A DNA stretch of 64,000 bases. Source: an uncultured Armatimonadetes bacterium. GTDB lineage: Bacteria > Armatimonadota > UBA5829 > DTJY01. The notes beneath the pieces are model-generated. The model ran no database searches and was not told the DNA's origin. It saw only the letters and a program-made list of their open reading frames with translations. The translations under genes were made by a program, and so were the position numbers. Each line of letters begins with the position of its first letter. Position 1 is the first letter of the stretch. This document shows, in pieces, positions 29,851 to 39,837 of the stretch. The stretch spans positions 3,808,001 through 3,872,000 of the forward strand of contig OY970325.1 of the NCBI GenBank assembly GCA_963717145.1, read 5' to 3'.

Positions 29851-31887
29851 CTAGAGCGGCTTGATCTCCGTCACCCGGATGGTCGGATGCAGGCCGTCCG
29901 CATCCCGGTAGCACGAACTGATGCCGGTGATCCGCACGTAGGTCTCCCCACCGAGGCTCATCCCCTCCGCGAGGATCTTCGCGGTCTTGTCGAGTGCATA
30001 CCCGCCGCCGAGGTAGTTCAGCTTGCCCCAGGTCGTCACTAGCAGTCCGATGTTGTTCAGTCCGAGGCCGTCCACGACTCCGCACTGTCCCGCGCCGGTT
30101 GATGGATTGTAGAACCAACCACTTCCACCAATCGCCCGGCTGTTGATGAACACCGGCCGGATGCTCCCGGTCCCGGTCACCTCGACCGACGACGCCTCGA
30201 TGTACCGCTCGCCATCGGCGTTGGTCTTGAGGATGCCGGTCACGTTCACCTTGTCGCCCGCCTCGACTCCATGAGCCGCCTTCTCGACACGTACCCCGCA
30301 CGACCGGTCCTCCGCCTCGATGTAGAAGCACCCGTCGAATGCAGCGGTGACGATCATATCGGCAAGTTGAACAGGAATGCTGTTCGCCACCATCTTGGCT
30401 TCCTTGAGTACGCCAGCCACCCCCGAACACTCGTCCGCCCCGATATCGACCGTGCCATAGAGGATGCGGCTCTCGCCATCGATATCCTTGTCGGCCGGGT
30501 ACACTGCTTCATTCCGCCCGGCGTTGACGCATGGCGATGTTAGCTTGATGTGGTAGTCGCCGGCGGTTCGATCGCTGAAAAGGGGATCGACGGAGATGTC
30601 CCCGGCCCCGGCCGAGGCTAGGTAGTCATAACTCGCGTTACCGTACACACAGTTGTTGCGGAGTTCGGTTGGGCCGGCGTATACCCCTGAGGAGTTGAAA
30701 GCCACGATATTGTTCCACACCGACGAACCGCCCGTGGTGCGTATCCCGCCTCCGGTGGTTGAAGCATCGTTCTCGGCGATCGTGTTGTTGAAGATCCTTG
30801 CGGAGTGGTAAGCGCTGCAACATATACCGCCGCCATCATGTGCACTATTCCCGGAAATCCTATTATTGGCAATCAGAGAGGATCCAACAGAATACACGCC
30901 TCCACCGGAGTTCGCGCTGTTCTCAGTGATGACATTGCCAGTTACGGTGTCCACTCCGCAGTAAACTCCGCCACCCAGCGGGGCATTGTTCTGCGTGATG
31001 GTATTATCAGCAATGGTCGTGTGGGTCAGGTCGCCGGAATACACTCCACCCCCGGCACTCGCTGCGCTGTTCTCGGCAATGAGGTTATTCGTAATGGTGG
31101 CAGCGGACGCATAGCAGAATATCCCACCTCCGCGGGCCTGGGGGATCTCGAGAGAGGGCGCGGTGTTCCCCGTGATCGTGTTGCGCCTGATAGTAGGTGA
31201 CGAGCCCCTTCCGCAAAACACTCCACCACCGCTGCCTGTTGGCGTGCTGTTTTCTGTGATCACATTATCAGAAATGTCTGGCGAGCCACCCTCAGCGCAG
31301 TAGATCCCGCCGCCGTAGAGGGACGCGCTGTTCAAAGCAATCGTGTTGTTGGCGATAGTTGATGATGACGAGATCATGCAGGCGATGCCGCCGCCGTAGC
31401 CTGCCAAGTTCTCCGAGATCAAGTTGTTGATGATGGTCGGCGAGGAGCCGATGCAGAGGATGCCTCCACCGATCCCTGCTTTCCCGTTTCTGATTGTGAA
31501 CCCATCAATCCGCGTGGCGCTCGTCGCCCACCTGGGAGAGATTACCACCGAACCAGCTTGGTTGCCGTCCAGGATGGCAACGTTTGCGCTCCAGTCCCTC
31601 TCATCCTTTGCCATCTCCGTACCTACGAAGCCGCCGTACAGGCCGACGCCGAGTTTGAGGGTGATGTTCTCCACGTAAGTTCCTCGGGCAACCCAGACCT
31701 CGTCGCCCTCGGAAGCGGCGTCCAACCCGGCCTGGACGGTGTGGAACGCCCTGTCCCAGGACGCGCCGTCGAAGGTCGGGCCGGGGGAATCCCACTTGAC
31801 GTAGACGGTCTTCGCGGAACAGGGCAGGGCGGACGTGATGAGGAGCAGGACCGCGAGTACTGCAAAGCCGAATGCCGGGTGTTTCAT
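29851..31887 (-). CDS. Secreted right-handed beta-helix (Pmp-like GGGI repeats) protein with conserved C-terminal module
   Basis: Signal peptide; 'DGASWDRAF', repeated 'NSA..GGG(I/V)YC', 'YHIKLTSPCVNAG..VDIGADE'; ATG 31887 with GGAGGA. Confidence 0.85.
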   Translation of the reverse strand: MKHPAFGFAVLAVLLLITSALPCSAKTVYVKWDSPGPTFDGASWDRAFHTVQAGLDAASEGDEVWVARGTYVENITLKLGVGLYGGFVGTEMAKDERDWSANVAILDGNQAGSVVISPRWATSATRIDGFTIRNGKAGIGGGILCIGSSPTIINNLISENLAGYGGGIACMISSSSTIANNTIALNSASLYGGGIYCAEGGSPDISDNVITENSTPTGSGGGVFCGRGSSPTIRRNTITGNTAPSLEIPQARGGGIFCYASAATITNNLIAENSAASAGGGVYSGDLTHTTIADNTITQNNAPLGGGVYCGVDTVTGNVITENSANSGGGVYSVGSSLIANNRISGNSAHDGGGICCSAYHSARIFNNTIAENDASTTGGGIRTTGGSSVWNNIVAFNSSGVYAGPTELRNNCVYGNASYDYLASAGAGDISVDPLFSDRTAGDYHIKLTSPCVNAGRNEAVYPADKDIDGESRILYGTVDIGADECSGVAGVLKEAKMVANSIPVQLADMIVTAAFDGCFYIEAEDRSCGVRVEKAAHGVEAGDKVNVTGILKTNADGERYIEASSVEVTGTGSIRPVFINSRAIGGSGWFYNPSTGAGQCGVVDGLGLNNIGLLVTTWGKLNYLGGGYALDKTAKILAEGMSLGGETYVRITGISSCYRDADGLHPTIRVTEIKPL

Positions 31888-32123
31888 CTTCGATCCTCCC
31901 GATGGTGGCGCGCGTTCGGGGTTACGGGGCACAAACCATGCCCGAAAACCCCTCCTACAGACCGGGTACTGCGGGTCGGTAAGCTGACGTAAGCTAATCC
32001 ATTTTAGTCGAACCTTTGATGAGAGTCAATCAAAATGGGCGAAAACTGGTAGAAATACCAGGGGGCAGGAGTCGAGGGGCAAGAGGCGCGGAATGAGTGT
32101 GCTGCTGAAAAGAGAATCGGAGA

Positions 32124-32364
32124 ACACAGAGATACAGAAGCTATGGAAACACGGAAATCTATCTGTCAGGAAGCCGGGAACGCAGGAAAACAAAGCACTT
32201 CTGCTCTCCTCCTGGATTCCTGACTTCCTGGTTTCCTGAAGAGACTCAGAGAAACACAGAAACAGAAACTATGGAAACACGGAACTCTATCCATCAGGAA
32301 GCCAGGAGGACAAAGCTCTTCCGCTCTTTTCCTGGATTCCTAACTTCCTAGTCTCCTGATGAGA
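32124..32364. repeat. Imperfect ~120 bp tandem duplication of a palindromic AGGAAGCC/TTCCTG element (family F)
   Basis: Units ~32124-32244 and ~32255-32364 share 'ctatggaaacacggaa..tcaggaagcc..caaagc..tcctggattcct'. Confidence 0.7.
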
Positions 32365-32394
32365 GCCTTTTCCGTGCTTCCGTGTTCCTGCCGA

Positions 32395-33288
32395 TCAGTC
32401 GAAGACTTCGATCTTGACCGTCTTCGAGACCGGCTTCTTGATGCCGAAGACATCCGAAACGGTAACCGTGACGGTGTGTACACCGGACTTCGGGTACTTG
32501 TGGTAGACGACCTCGCCGATCGCGTCCTCCTGGATGCCGTCGGTCGAATCGAAATCCCAGGCGTACCTCAGGGCCGCGGCGCCGCCGTCGCTGTGCGGTC
32601 GGAACATCACGTCATCGTTCGCAGCCACGAACTGATCGAGGCCCGGATCGATGATGATCGGCTTCGTGTCGGTGACGATATGGATCTGGCCAACGTAGAA
32701 CGGCTCCGAGCCGTCGCCGGAGATCACCAGCCGCTTGATCTTGTACTCGGCCCGCTCCTGCTTGCCCTTGAACGCCGCGAGCGGGAACGAGATGGCGGTC
32801 CATCCGTCATCGCCGACCTTGAGCCCGGTCACATCCACCTGACATTCGATCGCCGGTCCGCCGTCGAGTTTCATCACGAGCCTGACACGGCTTACCGGGG
32901 TGCCGGCCGGGGCGCTGGTCGCGCTCGGATCGTAGTAATCGGACAGGAGAGGATCGATCTCGTTGGCGTCATCCAACTGCATTTTGGCCATGAGCTGGAT
33001 ATAGGCGTTCGGATTCTTGAAGTGCTTCGTGAGGTCTACCGCCGAGGCGAAATCGAGCCTGCCGCCTTCGTAGAGGCTCCGCGCGATGATCTTCAGCGAG
33101 TGTGTTCCGCTGTAGCCGCTCTTCGCGACATCCTCGCACCGACCGCTGCCCCAGCTTCCTACGGCTATGCTCGATCCATCGATCGGCTGGCCCTTGTACA
33201 GGACCTGGTCCTGTGCCATTCCGGCTGCCGAGGCTGCGATAAGCAGGCATGCGGCGATCAACAATGCATGAGTGTACGTTGTCTTCAC
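32395..33288 (-). CDS. Secreted PKD-domain protein
   Basis: Signal peptide; C-terminal 'YAWDFD..G.VVYHKY.KSGVHTVTVTVSD'. Confidence 0.8.
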   Translation of the reverse strand: MKTTYTHALLIAACLLIAASAAGMAQDQVLYKGQPIDGSSIAVGSWGSGRCEDVAKSGYSGTHSLKIIARSLYEGGRLDFASAVDLTKHFKNPNAYIQLMAKMQLDDANEIDPLLSDYYDPSATSAPAGTPVSRVRLVMKLDGGPAIECQVDVTGLKVGDDGWTAISFPLAAFKGKQERAEYKIKRLVISGDGSEPFYVGQIHIVTDTKPIIIDPGLDQFVAANDDVMFRPHSDGGAAALRYAWDFDSTDGIQEDAIGEVVYHKYPKSGVHTVTVTVSDVFGIKKPVSKTVKIEVFD

Positions 33289-33301
33289 TTGCGCGTCTCC
33301 A

Positions 33302-34112
33302 TTAGTGCTGCAGGCCGACGTCGGTCGGCTGGTGATTCACCCGTAATCGGCGGATGCCCGAGGCTCGGCCGGTGGATGGATCGGCCTCCACCAGGACCGC
33401 ATCAAGTACGACCGGTCCATCGGCCACTTCGAATTTGCACGGCATCTGCGACAGGAATTTCTGGATTATCAGTTCCTTCTTTACGCCCAGGACCGAGTTT
33501 TCCGGCCCCGTCATGCCCGCATCGGTGATGCAGGCAGTGCCTCCGGGCAGGATCCTTTCATCGGCGGTCTGCACGTGAGTGTGAGTACCGATGACCGCGG
33601 TCACCCTTCCGTCGAGGTACCAGGCCATCGGCGCCCTTTTCGGAGGTCACCTCGCCATGGAAATCGACCAGGATCACCGAAGCCTGCTCGGAGAGTTCCT
33701 TCAGCACCCGGTCGGCCGTCCTGAACGGGTCATCGAGTTGTTCGTTCATAAACACGCGGCCGCAGAGATTGACGACGCCGACTCTGCGTCCGGCCGAGTC
33801 CTTATAGATCGCCCATCCGCGTCCAGGGCATCCCGGCGGATAGTTCGCCGGCCTGACGATCCGTGGCTCTTCGTCGAGGAACCCGTATACTTCCTTCTTG
33901 GCGAACACGTGATTGCCAAGAGTGATCGCATCTACCCCTGAATCGAACAGATCCGTCGCGGTGTCCTTCGTGACTCCCAGACCGCCGGCGGAGTTCTCTC
34001 CGTTGGCGATCGTTATGTCAGGCGACAGGTCCTTTTTCAGGCCGGGCAGCAACGCCCGCACGGCTTCCCTGCCCGGTTTGCCGACGACATCACCGATGAA
34101 CAATATTCTCAA
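33302..34112 (-). CDS. ymdB: YmdB-like (TIGR00282) metallophosphoesterase, +1 frameshift at ~33630
   Basis: 'GDVVGKPG', 'NGEN', 'TLGNH', 'DFHGEVTSEK' then 'GTHTHVQTAD','TDAGMTG' in the next frame. Confidence 0.88.
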
Positions 34113-34130
34113 GTAGCGGTCTCCGCTCTA

Positions 34131-34160
34131 TTAGACGGAATCGGAGGGCGTCAGGTTTCA
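34131..34160 (-). promoter_or_regulatory. Putative ECF-sigma promoter of ymdB
   Basis: TGAAAC-N17-CGTCTAA. Confidence 0.6.
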
Positions 34161-34165
34161 TCAGT

Positions 34166-34231
34166 GTAGTGGCCGTGCCTCAGTGCCGGCCTCTCCGAGG
34201 CTGCTGGCCGGCACTGAGGCACGGCCACTAC
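34166..34231. repeat. REP-like palindrome, family A copy 4
   Basis: GTAGTGGCCGTGCCTCAGTGCCGGCC + inverted copy. Confidence 0.85.
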
Positions 34232-34243
34232 ATGATGATGATT

Positions 34244-35780
34244 CTATTTCGCGTACTCCACGGCACGGGTCTCCCGGATGACGGTGACCTTGATCTGGCC
34301 GGGGTACTCCATCTCTTCCTGGATCTTCTTGGCCGTATCCCGGGCCAATTTCGCCGCGCCGTCGTCATTCAACTCGGTCGGCTTGACCATGACGCGGATC
34401 TCCCGACCGGCCTGGACTGCGAACGCCTTGTCGACGCCGGCGAACGAATCGGCGATCGTCTCCAGCCGCTGGAGGCGCTTGACGTATGTCTCGAGCGTCT
34501 CACGTCGCGCGCCGGGCCGCGATGCGGACACGGCATCGGCGACCGATACGAGGATCGCTTCGACGGTGCTCGGCTCCTCGTCATTGTGGTGAGCGCCCAC
34601 CGCATGGATCACTTCGGCGTGCTCGCGGAACTTCCGGCACAGGTCCGCGCTGATCACGGCATGCGGCCCTTCCACCTCGAAGTCGACAGCCTTCCCGAGG
34701 TCGTGCAGCAGACCGGCGCGCTTCGCCAATGCGACGTTCACGCCGAGTTCGGAGGCCATCACCCCCGCAAGGTGCGCTACCTCGATCGAGTGATCGAGCA
34801 CATTCTGGCCGTAGCTCGTCCGGAACCGAAGCTTGCCGAGCAGCTTGACCATTTCCGGATCGAGGGACGTGACCCCCGTCTCGAAGATCGCGCGCTCCCC
34901 GGACTCGCGGACCTTCACTTCGACCTCAGCGGTCGACTTGTTGATCATCTCCTCGATGCGTCCGGGATGGATCCGCCCGTCGGAGATGAGGTTGCTGAGG
35001 GCAATCCGGGCGATCTCGCGCCGGATCGGGTCGAAGGCCGAAAGCACGACGGCTTCCGGGGTGTCGTCGATGATCAGATCGACGCCGGTCAGAGTCTCGA
35101 AGGCACGGATATTCCGTCCCTCGCGACCGATGATCCGGCCCTTCATCTCGTCGTTGGGCAGAGGGACGACCGAGACCGTCGTCTCCGAAGTCTGGTCGAC
35201 GGCACAGCGTTGAACCGCCAGGGTCACGATGTCCCGGGCGCGCTTGTCTCGCCTCTTCCTTCGCCTGGGCCTCGATGTCGCGGATCAGTCTGGCGGCATC
35301 GTGCCTTGTCTCATCTTCGATAATCTTGAGGAGCAGGGTCTTGGCATCATCGGCGGTCAGGCCGGAGATGCGCTGCAGTTCCGTGCGCTGCTTTGCCACT
35401 ACCCCGTCAAGTTCTTCTCTCAGTTTGCTTGATTCGTACTCTTTGGTTGCGAGAGCCTTCTCTTTCTGGTCGAGACCATCGAGTCTCCGATCGAGTTGCT
35501 CTTCCTTCTGCGTCAGTCTTCGCTCTAACCTCTGAATGTCGGCTCTTTTTTCACGATTCTCGCCCTCGACTTCGGCCCTGAGTCTGTGGGCCTCGTCCTT
35601 GGCTTCTAAAAGAACCTCTCTACGTTTGGTTTCGATTTCTTTCTGTATGTCATCTCGAAGTCTGGCGGCAGCGTCCTGCATTTCGCCCGCTTTTCTTCTT
35701 GCGGGGAGGACGATGCCGATGAACCCGAGCACTACGATAGCGACGGATGCCGCTAGAATGACGATATCCAGTACTGACAT
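34244..35780 (-). CDS. rny: Ribonuclease Y, +1 frameshift at ~35249
   Basis: N-terminal TM + coiled coil; KH '[14 protein letters not shown]'; HD 'LLHDLGK'; removing one base restores '[13 protein letters not shown]'. Confidence 0.93.
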
Positions 35781-35942
35781 ATATTACCTCACCCCCTGGT
35801 TTAATGGGATTGAGGTCGAGCGAGATTGGGACGCTCGGCAGGGCTCCGACGCCATGCCGGGTCGTGCGTGTTGCTGTTGAGTCGTATCCTCTCGAAAAAC
35901 CACCTTGCACAATAAGCCGGTCAACACCCGACGCGAAGGTAT

Positions 35943-36602
35943 TCAGCCTTCGTCACTATTATCTGCTTCATTGGCCAGTTTCTCCATAGCCTCGGAGATC
36001 AACTGCCATTCGAAGCCCTGCCTCTGCAGGTAAGATGCCACTCTGCGCCGCTTTGATCGGAGATCGGGATCTTTGTCCTTCTCCCAGCGCCGTCTGGCAG
36101 CATCTGCCGCTAATATACGCTCTTCGTCGGGATCGACGGACGATAGAGCTTCCTCTATTACTTCGGATGCTACGCCTCGCTGCCGCAGTTCCCACCTGAC
36201 TCGCGCCTTCCCGAGTCCTTTTTCCGAGACCCTGGAGTTCACCCAACTCTGGGAGAACTGCGCGTCATCTATGAACCCGGCATTCTCGAGGCCCAACAGT
36301 GTTTCTTCGACTATATCCTCGTCATAACCCGCTCGTTTCAGCCGCCGCGACAGTTCCTCCCGGCTGCGCGATCGGTATGAGAGCAGGCCCAGCGCCCTCT
36401 CCTTTGCCTTTGCCAGGATCTCGGCGCGGACGACCGCGTTTAGTTCGTCTTCGCTGAACTGCTGGCCGATCTTCAGCCCCAGACCAACGACGACATCTTC
36501 ATTCACGCCGACGACGAACTTGCCGTCCACGAATATCGAACGGCGGTCCTGCCTGCGTTCCTGAACCTCTATTGCTGTTATTCGATGCTGATTGCCGATC
36601 AA
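35943..36602 (-). CDS. recX: Regulatory protein RecX
   Basis: 'LSYRSRSREEL', 'IDDAQF', 'YLQRQGF'; directly downstream of recA. Confidence 0.9.
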   Translation of the reverse strand: MIGNQHRITAIEVQERRQDRRSIFVDGKFVVGVNEDVVVGLGLKIGQQFSEDELNAVVRAEILAKAKERALGLLSYRSRSREELSRRLKRAGYDEDIVEETLLGLENAGFIDDAQFSQSWVNSRVSEKGLGKARVRWELRQRGVASEVIEEALSSVDPDEERILAADAARRRWEKDKDPDLRSKRRRVASYLQRQGFEWQLISEAMEKLANEADNSDEG

Positions 36603-36626
36603 CCTTCTACCGGTTTCCCGCGCAAC

Positions 36627-37661
36627 CTACTCCTCGGGCGCGCCAATGGGCGCCACGAGCGCGTCGACGTCATCCTTTGAGCGGACCTTGGCCTCGATCT
36701 CCTCCATCAACTCGGGATGCTCCTCGAGGTGCTGCTTGGCATTCTCACGTCCCTGACCGAGTCGGTTGTCCCCGTAGGTGAACCAGGTTCCGGTCTTCTC
36801 GACGAATCCGAGTTCGGTCGCGATGTCGAGTATCCCGCCGGACCGCGAGATGCCCTTGCCGAACATGATGTCGAATTCCGCCTGACGGAATGGCGGCGCG
36901 ACCTTGTTCTTCACGACCTTGACGCGCACGCGGTTGCCGACCATCTCGTTGCCCTGCTTGAGGGTCTCGATCCGCCGGATCTCGAGCCGGACGGACGCCC
37001 AGAACTTGAGCGCGCGCCCGCCGGGGGTCGTCTCGGGGTTGCCGAACATCACGCCGATCTTCTCGCGGATCTGGTTGATGAAGATCGCCGCCGTTCTCGA
37101 TTTGCTGGTCGAGCCGCCGATCTTTCTCATCGCCTGAGACATCAGACGCGCCTGCAGGCCCACGTGCGAATCGCCCATTTCGCCTTCGATCTCCGACTTC
37201 GGGACGAGCGCCGCGACCGAATCGAGCACCACGACATCGACCGCGCCGCTGCGGATGAGGGCATCGATGATCTCCAGCGCCTCCTCGCCGGTATCCGGCT
37301 GAGAGATGAGGAGCGAATCGACGTCGACGCCGAGGTTTCTCGCATACACGGCGTCCACGGCGTGCTCGGCGTCTATGAAGGCGGCGGTCCCGCCCTGCTT
37401 CTGCGCCTCGGCGATGATGTGATAGGCAAGAGTGGTCTTGCCGGAGGATTCCTGGCCGTATATCTCGGTGATCCTGCCCCTGGGCACGCCGCCGACGCCG
37501 AGCGCGATGTCGAGCGCCAGGGATCCCGTCGGGATTACATCGACGTTGAGCTTGGTAGCTTCTCCCAGGCGCATCACCGAGCCTTTGCCGAACTGCTTCT
37601 CTATGCGGCCGAGGGCGAGTTCCAGGGCCTGCTGTTTCTCCTTGCCGTTCCCTTTATCCAA
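36627..37661 (-). CDS. recA: Recombinase RecA
   Basis: 'IEKQFGKGS', 'GQESSGKTT', 'DSVAAL', 'GGRALKF', 'KNKVAPPF'; TTG start with AGAGGAG RBS. Confidence 0.97.
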   Translation of the reverse strand: MDKGNGKEKQQALELALGRIEKQFGKGSVMRLGEATKLNVDVIPTGSLALDIALGVGGVPRGRITEIYGQESSGKTTLAYHIIAEAQKQGGTAAFIDAEHAVDAVYARNLGVDVDSLLISQPDTGEEALEIIDALIRSGAVDVVVLDSVAALVPKSEIEGEMGDSHVGLQARLMSQAMRKIGGSTSKSRTAAIFINQIREKIGVMFGNPETTPGGRALKFWASVRLEIRRIETLKQGNEMVGNRVRVKVVKNKVAPPFRQAEFDIMFGKGISRSGGILDIATELGFVEKTGTWFTYGDNRLGQGRENAKQHLEEHPELMEEIEAKVRSKDDVDALVAPIGAPEE

Positions 37662-37679
37662 CCCTTCTCTCCTCTCTAT

Positions 37680-37841
37680 GTTCAACGTTGAACGTTCGAT
37701 GTTCGATGTTCGATGTTTACCTGTTCGGGATGGAGTTGTACTCCTACGTGATGTTCGGGATGGAGTTGTACTCCATCCCGCCGAACTAATGGTGGAGTTC
37801 AACTCCACGAGCGTCCCCGGGTCGGGAGTACAACTCCCGAC
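37680..37841. repeat. (GTTCGAT)n heptamers plus GTTCGGGATGGAGTTGTACTCC repeat (family I)
   Basis: Two direct copies and an inverted copy; related copies at ~42073-42129 and ~43541-43570. Confidence 0.7.
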
Positions 37842-37897
37842 CCAACAAATGGATCCCCGATCCAACACATGGATCCCCGACCCAACAGGTTCGATGT

Positions 37898-38470
37898 TCA
37901 GCGTTCGATCCCAAATCCCAAATCCGCAATCGCCGAATACTCCGGCCCGCTGCGGAGGAGTTCGCTCTTCATGACCGAGACTCCGTCTATCTGAGCCGAG
38001 CCCGCCTGTTCGTCCCTCATGCTCTCGATGCAGTCTCGGAGCTTCTCAGTCCCGCGAGGATTCCTCACCCGCCCGAGCGTCACGTGCCCACTGAACGGCC
38101 GGTCCTCTTTCGAGAAACCGAGCACTTCCATCGCATCCTCGATCCGGCCCGCGAGCGACTTCATCTCGTCCGCCCCGGATGGGGTTCCGACCCAGACCAC
38201 CCTCGGGCTCGAGGGCCTCGGGAACGCCCCGACTCCCCCGAACGTGAGGTCGAAGGCTTTCACCCCGGCGACTGCGCACTCGACGGCCTCACACACGGGC
38301 GCTATCCGGTCCTGTTCCACCGGCCCCAGGAACTTGAGCGTGATGTGGAAGTTCTCTTCCGGCACCCACTTGACGTCCGCGCCGCACTGCATCAGGCGCG
38401 TCTCGATCAGCATCAGCCGCCGCCGGACTTCCGCGGGCAGCCTCACAGCGATGAATGTGCGAACCATCAT
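37898..38470 (-). CDS. thpR: RNA 2',3'-cyclic phosphodiesterase (2H family)
   Basis: 'RTFIAV', two HxT motifs 'HITLKFLG' and 'HVTLGR'. Confidence 0.92.
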   Translation of the reverse strand: MMVRTFIAVRLPAEVRRRLMLIETRLMQCGADVKWVPEENFHITLKFLGPVEQDRIAPVCEAVECAVAGVKAFDLTFGGVGAFPRPSSPRVVWVGTPSGADEMKSLAGRIEDAMEVLGFSKEDRPFSGHVTLGRVRNPRGTEKLRDCIESMRDEQAGSAQIDGVSVMKSELLRSGPEYSAIADLGFGIER

Positions 38471-38530
38471 AGCAGAATGGTTGATGGCTGATGGTTGATG
38501 GTTAATGGGCAGACCGGCCCCCATTAACCA

Positions 38531-39781
38531 TCAGCCATTCCCCATTAGCCATCTCCTTAGCATATTGAGCGCGGTCTGAGATGCGCGCATGCGAATATCT
38601 TCACGGCTTCCACCGTACATGTTCTTCGTAACCTGGATGCCCGACGGCGTCTTCAGGGCGATGTACACCAGGCCGATCGGTCTTTCGGCTGTCCCTCCGT
38701 CGGGACCCGCGATCCCCGTGATCCCGAGAGCGATGTCCGTGCCGATGTTCCGAGCCGCACCCTCGGCCATCGCCTCAGCCGTCTCTGGACTGACCGCTCC
38801 GTGCGCCCGGAGAGTCTCCTCCGGGACGCCAAGGAACTTCATCTTGGCGTCGTTCGAATACGCTACGATCCCGCCGACGAACGTCTCCGAGCTGCCCGGA
38901 ACGTTCGTGATCCGATTCGCCACGAGTCCGCCGGTACACGATTCGGCCAGTCCGAGCGTCAACTTCCGCTCGATGAGCATCCGGACGACGACGTATTCGA
39001 GCGTCTCGTCGTCCGCGCCGTAGACGAAATTCCCGAGGCGCTCGCGGACCTTCGATTCGAGCCCGGCGATCAGGTGCTCGGCTTCATCCGCATCAGATGC
39101 CTTGGCGGTCACCCGGAAGTGTACCTCGCCGCCCTTCGCATACGGCGCGAGGCTCGGATTCCCGCTCGCCAGGAGGTCCTTGACCCTCTGCTCGGCGGCC
39201 GATTCGCCGATTCCGCAGACGCGCAGGACCCTCGACTTGATGACCGATCGTCCGGAAATGGAAGCGGCTCGTTCGCTGAGGATCGGAGTGACGTACCGGT
39301 CGACCATCGGGATAAACTCTCCGGGCGGGCCGGGAAGCGCCATGACGACCTTCCCGTCCTTCTCGAAGAGCGCGCCCGGGGCGGTCCCAACGTCGTTCGG
39401 CAGAACCTCACCACGATTCGGCCTGAGCGCCTGCTTCAGGTTGCTCTCGGCGATCGGCAGGCCTCTTCGCTCGAAGAAGCCTCGGATCTTGGCCTCGGAC
39501 TCCGGGTCCATGACCATCTCGTCGCCGAGCGCATCCGCGATCGTTTCCTTGGTGAGATCGTCCTCAGTCGGACCGAGCCCGCCGATGGTGATCACGACAT
39601 CCGATCTGGACAGCGCGGTTCTCAGAGTATCTGCGAGCCGAGCGGCGTTGTCGCCCACGGTGGAGCGGTAGTATATGTCAATCCCGATGGAGGAGAGCAC
39701 CTGGCTCAGATATGCGGCGTTCGTATCCACGATCTGGCCCAGGAGAAGCTCTGTTCCCACGGAGATGATCTCAGCGCGCAC
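38531..39781 (-). CDS. cinA: Competence/damage-inducible protein A (MocF + PncC)
   Basis: 'GTELLLGQIVDTN', 'GGLGPTEDD', 'AESCTGG', 'TGIAGPDGG'; GTG 39781 with GGAGGA. Confidence 0.95.
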   Translation of the reverse strand: MRAEIISVGTELLLGQIVDTNAAYLSQVLSSIGIDIYYRSTVGDNAARLADTLRTALSRSDVVITIGGLGPTEDDLTKETIADALGDEMVMDPESEAKIRGFFERRGLPIAESNLKQALRPNRGEVLPNDVGTAPGALFEKDGKVVMALPGPPGEFIPMVDRYVTPILSERAASISGRSVIKSRVLRVCGIGESAAEQRVKDLLASGNPSLAPYAKGGEVHFRVTAKASDADEAEHLIAGLESKVRERLGNFVYGADDETLEYVVVRMLIERKLTLGLAESCTGGLVANRITNVPGSSETFVGGIVAYSNDAKMKFLGVPEETLRAHGAVSPETAEAMAEGAARNIGTDIALGITGIAGPDGGTAERPIGLVYIALKTPSGIQVTKNMYGGSREDIRMRASQTALNMLRRWLMGNG

Positions 39782-39808
39782 GCGTGTTCCTCCACGTTTC
39801 CTGCCGCC

Positions 39809-39837
39809 ATTATACTTTACGTGTGTCGTAAATTCAA
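39809..39837 (-). promoter_or_regulatory. sigma70 promoter of the cinA-recA operon containing a palindromic operator candidate
   Basis: TTGAAT-N17-TATAAT; TTTACG-N5-CGTAAA at 39816-39832. Confidence 0.65.

Noticed and set aside
37680-37718. LexA box upstream of recA
   Set aside because: GAAC/GTTC words arise from a (GTTCGAT)n heptamer tract and do not give the GAAC-N4-GTTC spacing.
37722-37841. Possible mini-CRISPR upstream of recA (22 bp repeats)
   Set aside because: Only two direct copies with a ~8 bp gap plus an inverted copy; the same motif recurs at ~42073 and ~43541 as a dispersed repeat.
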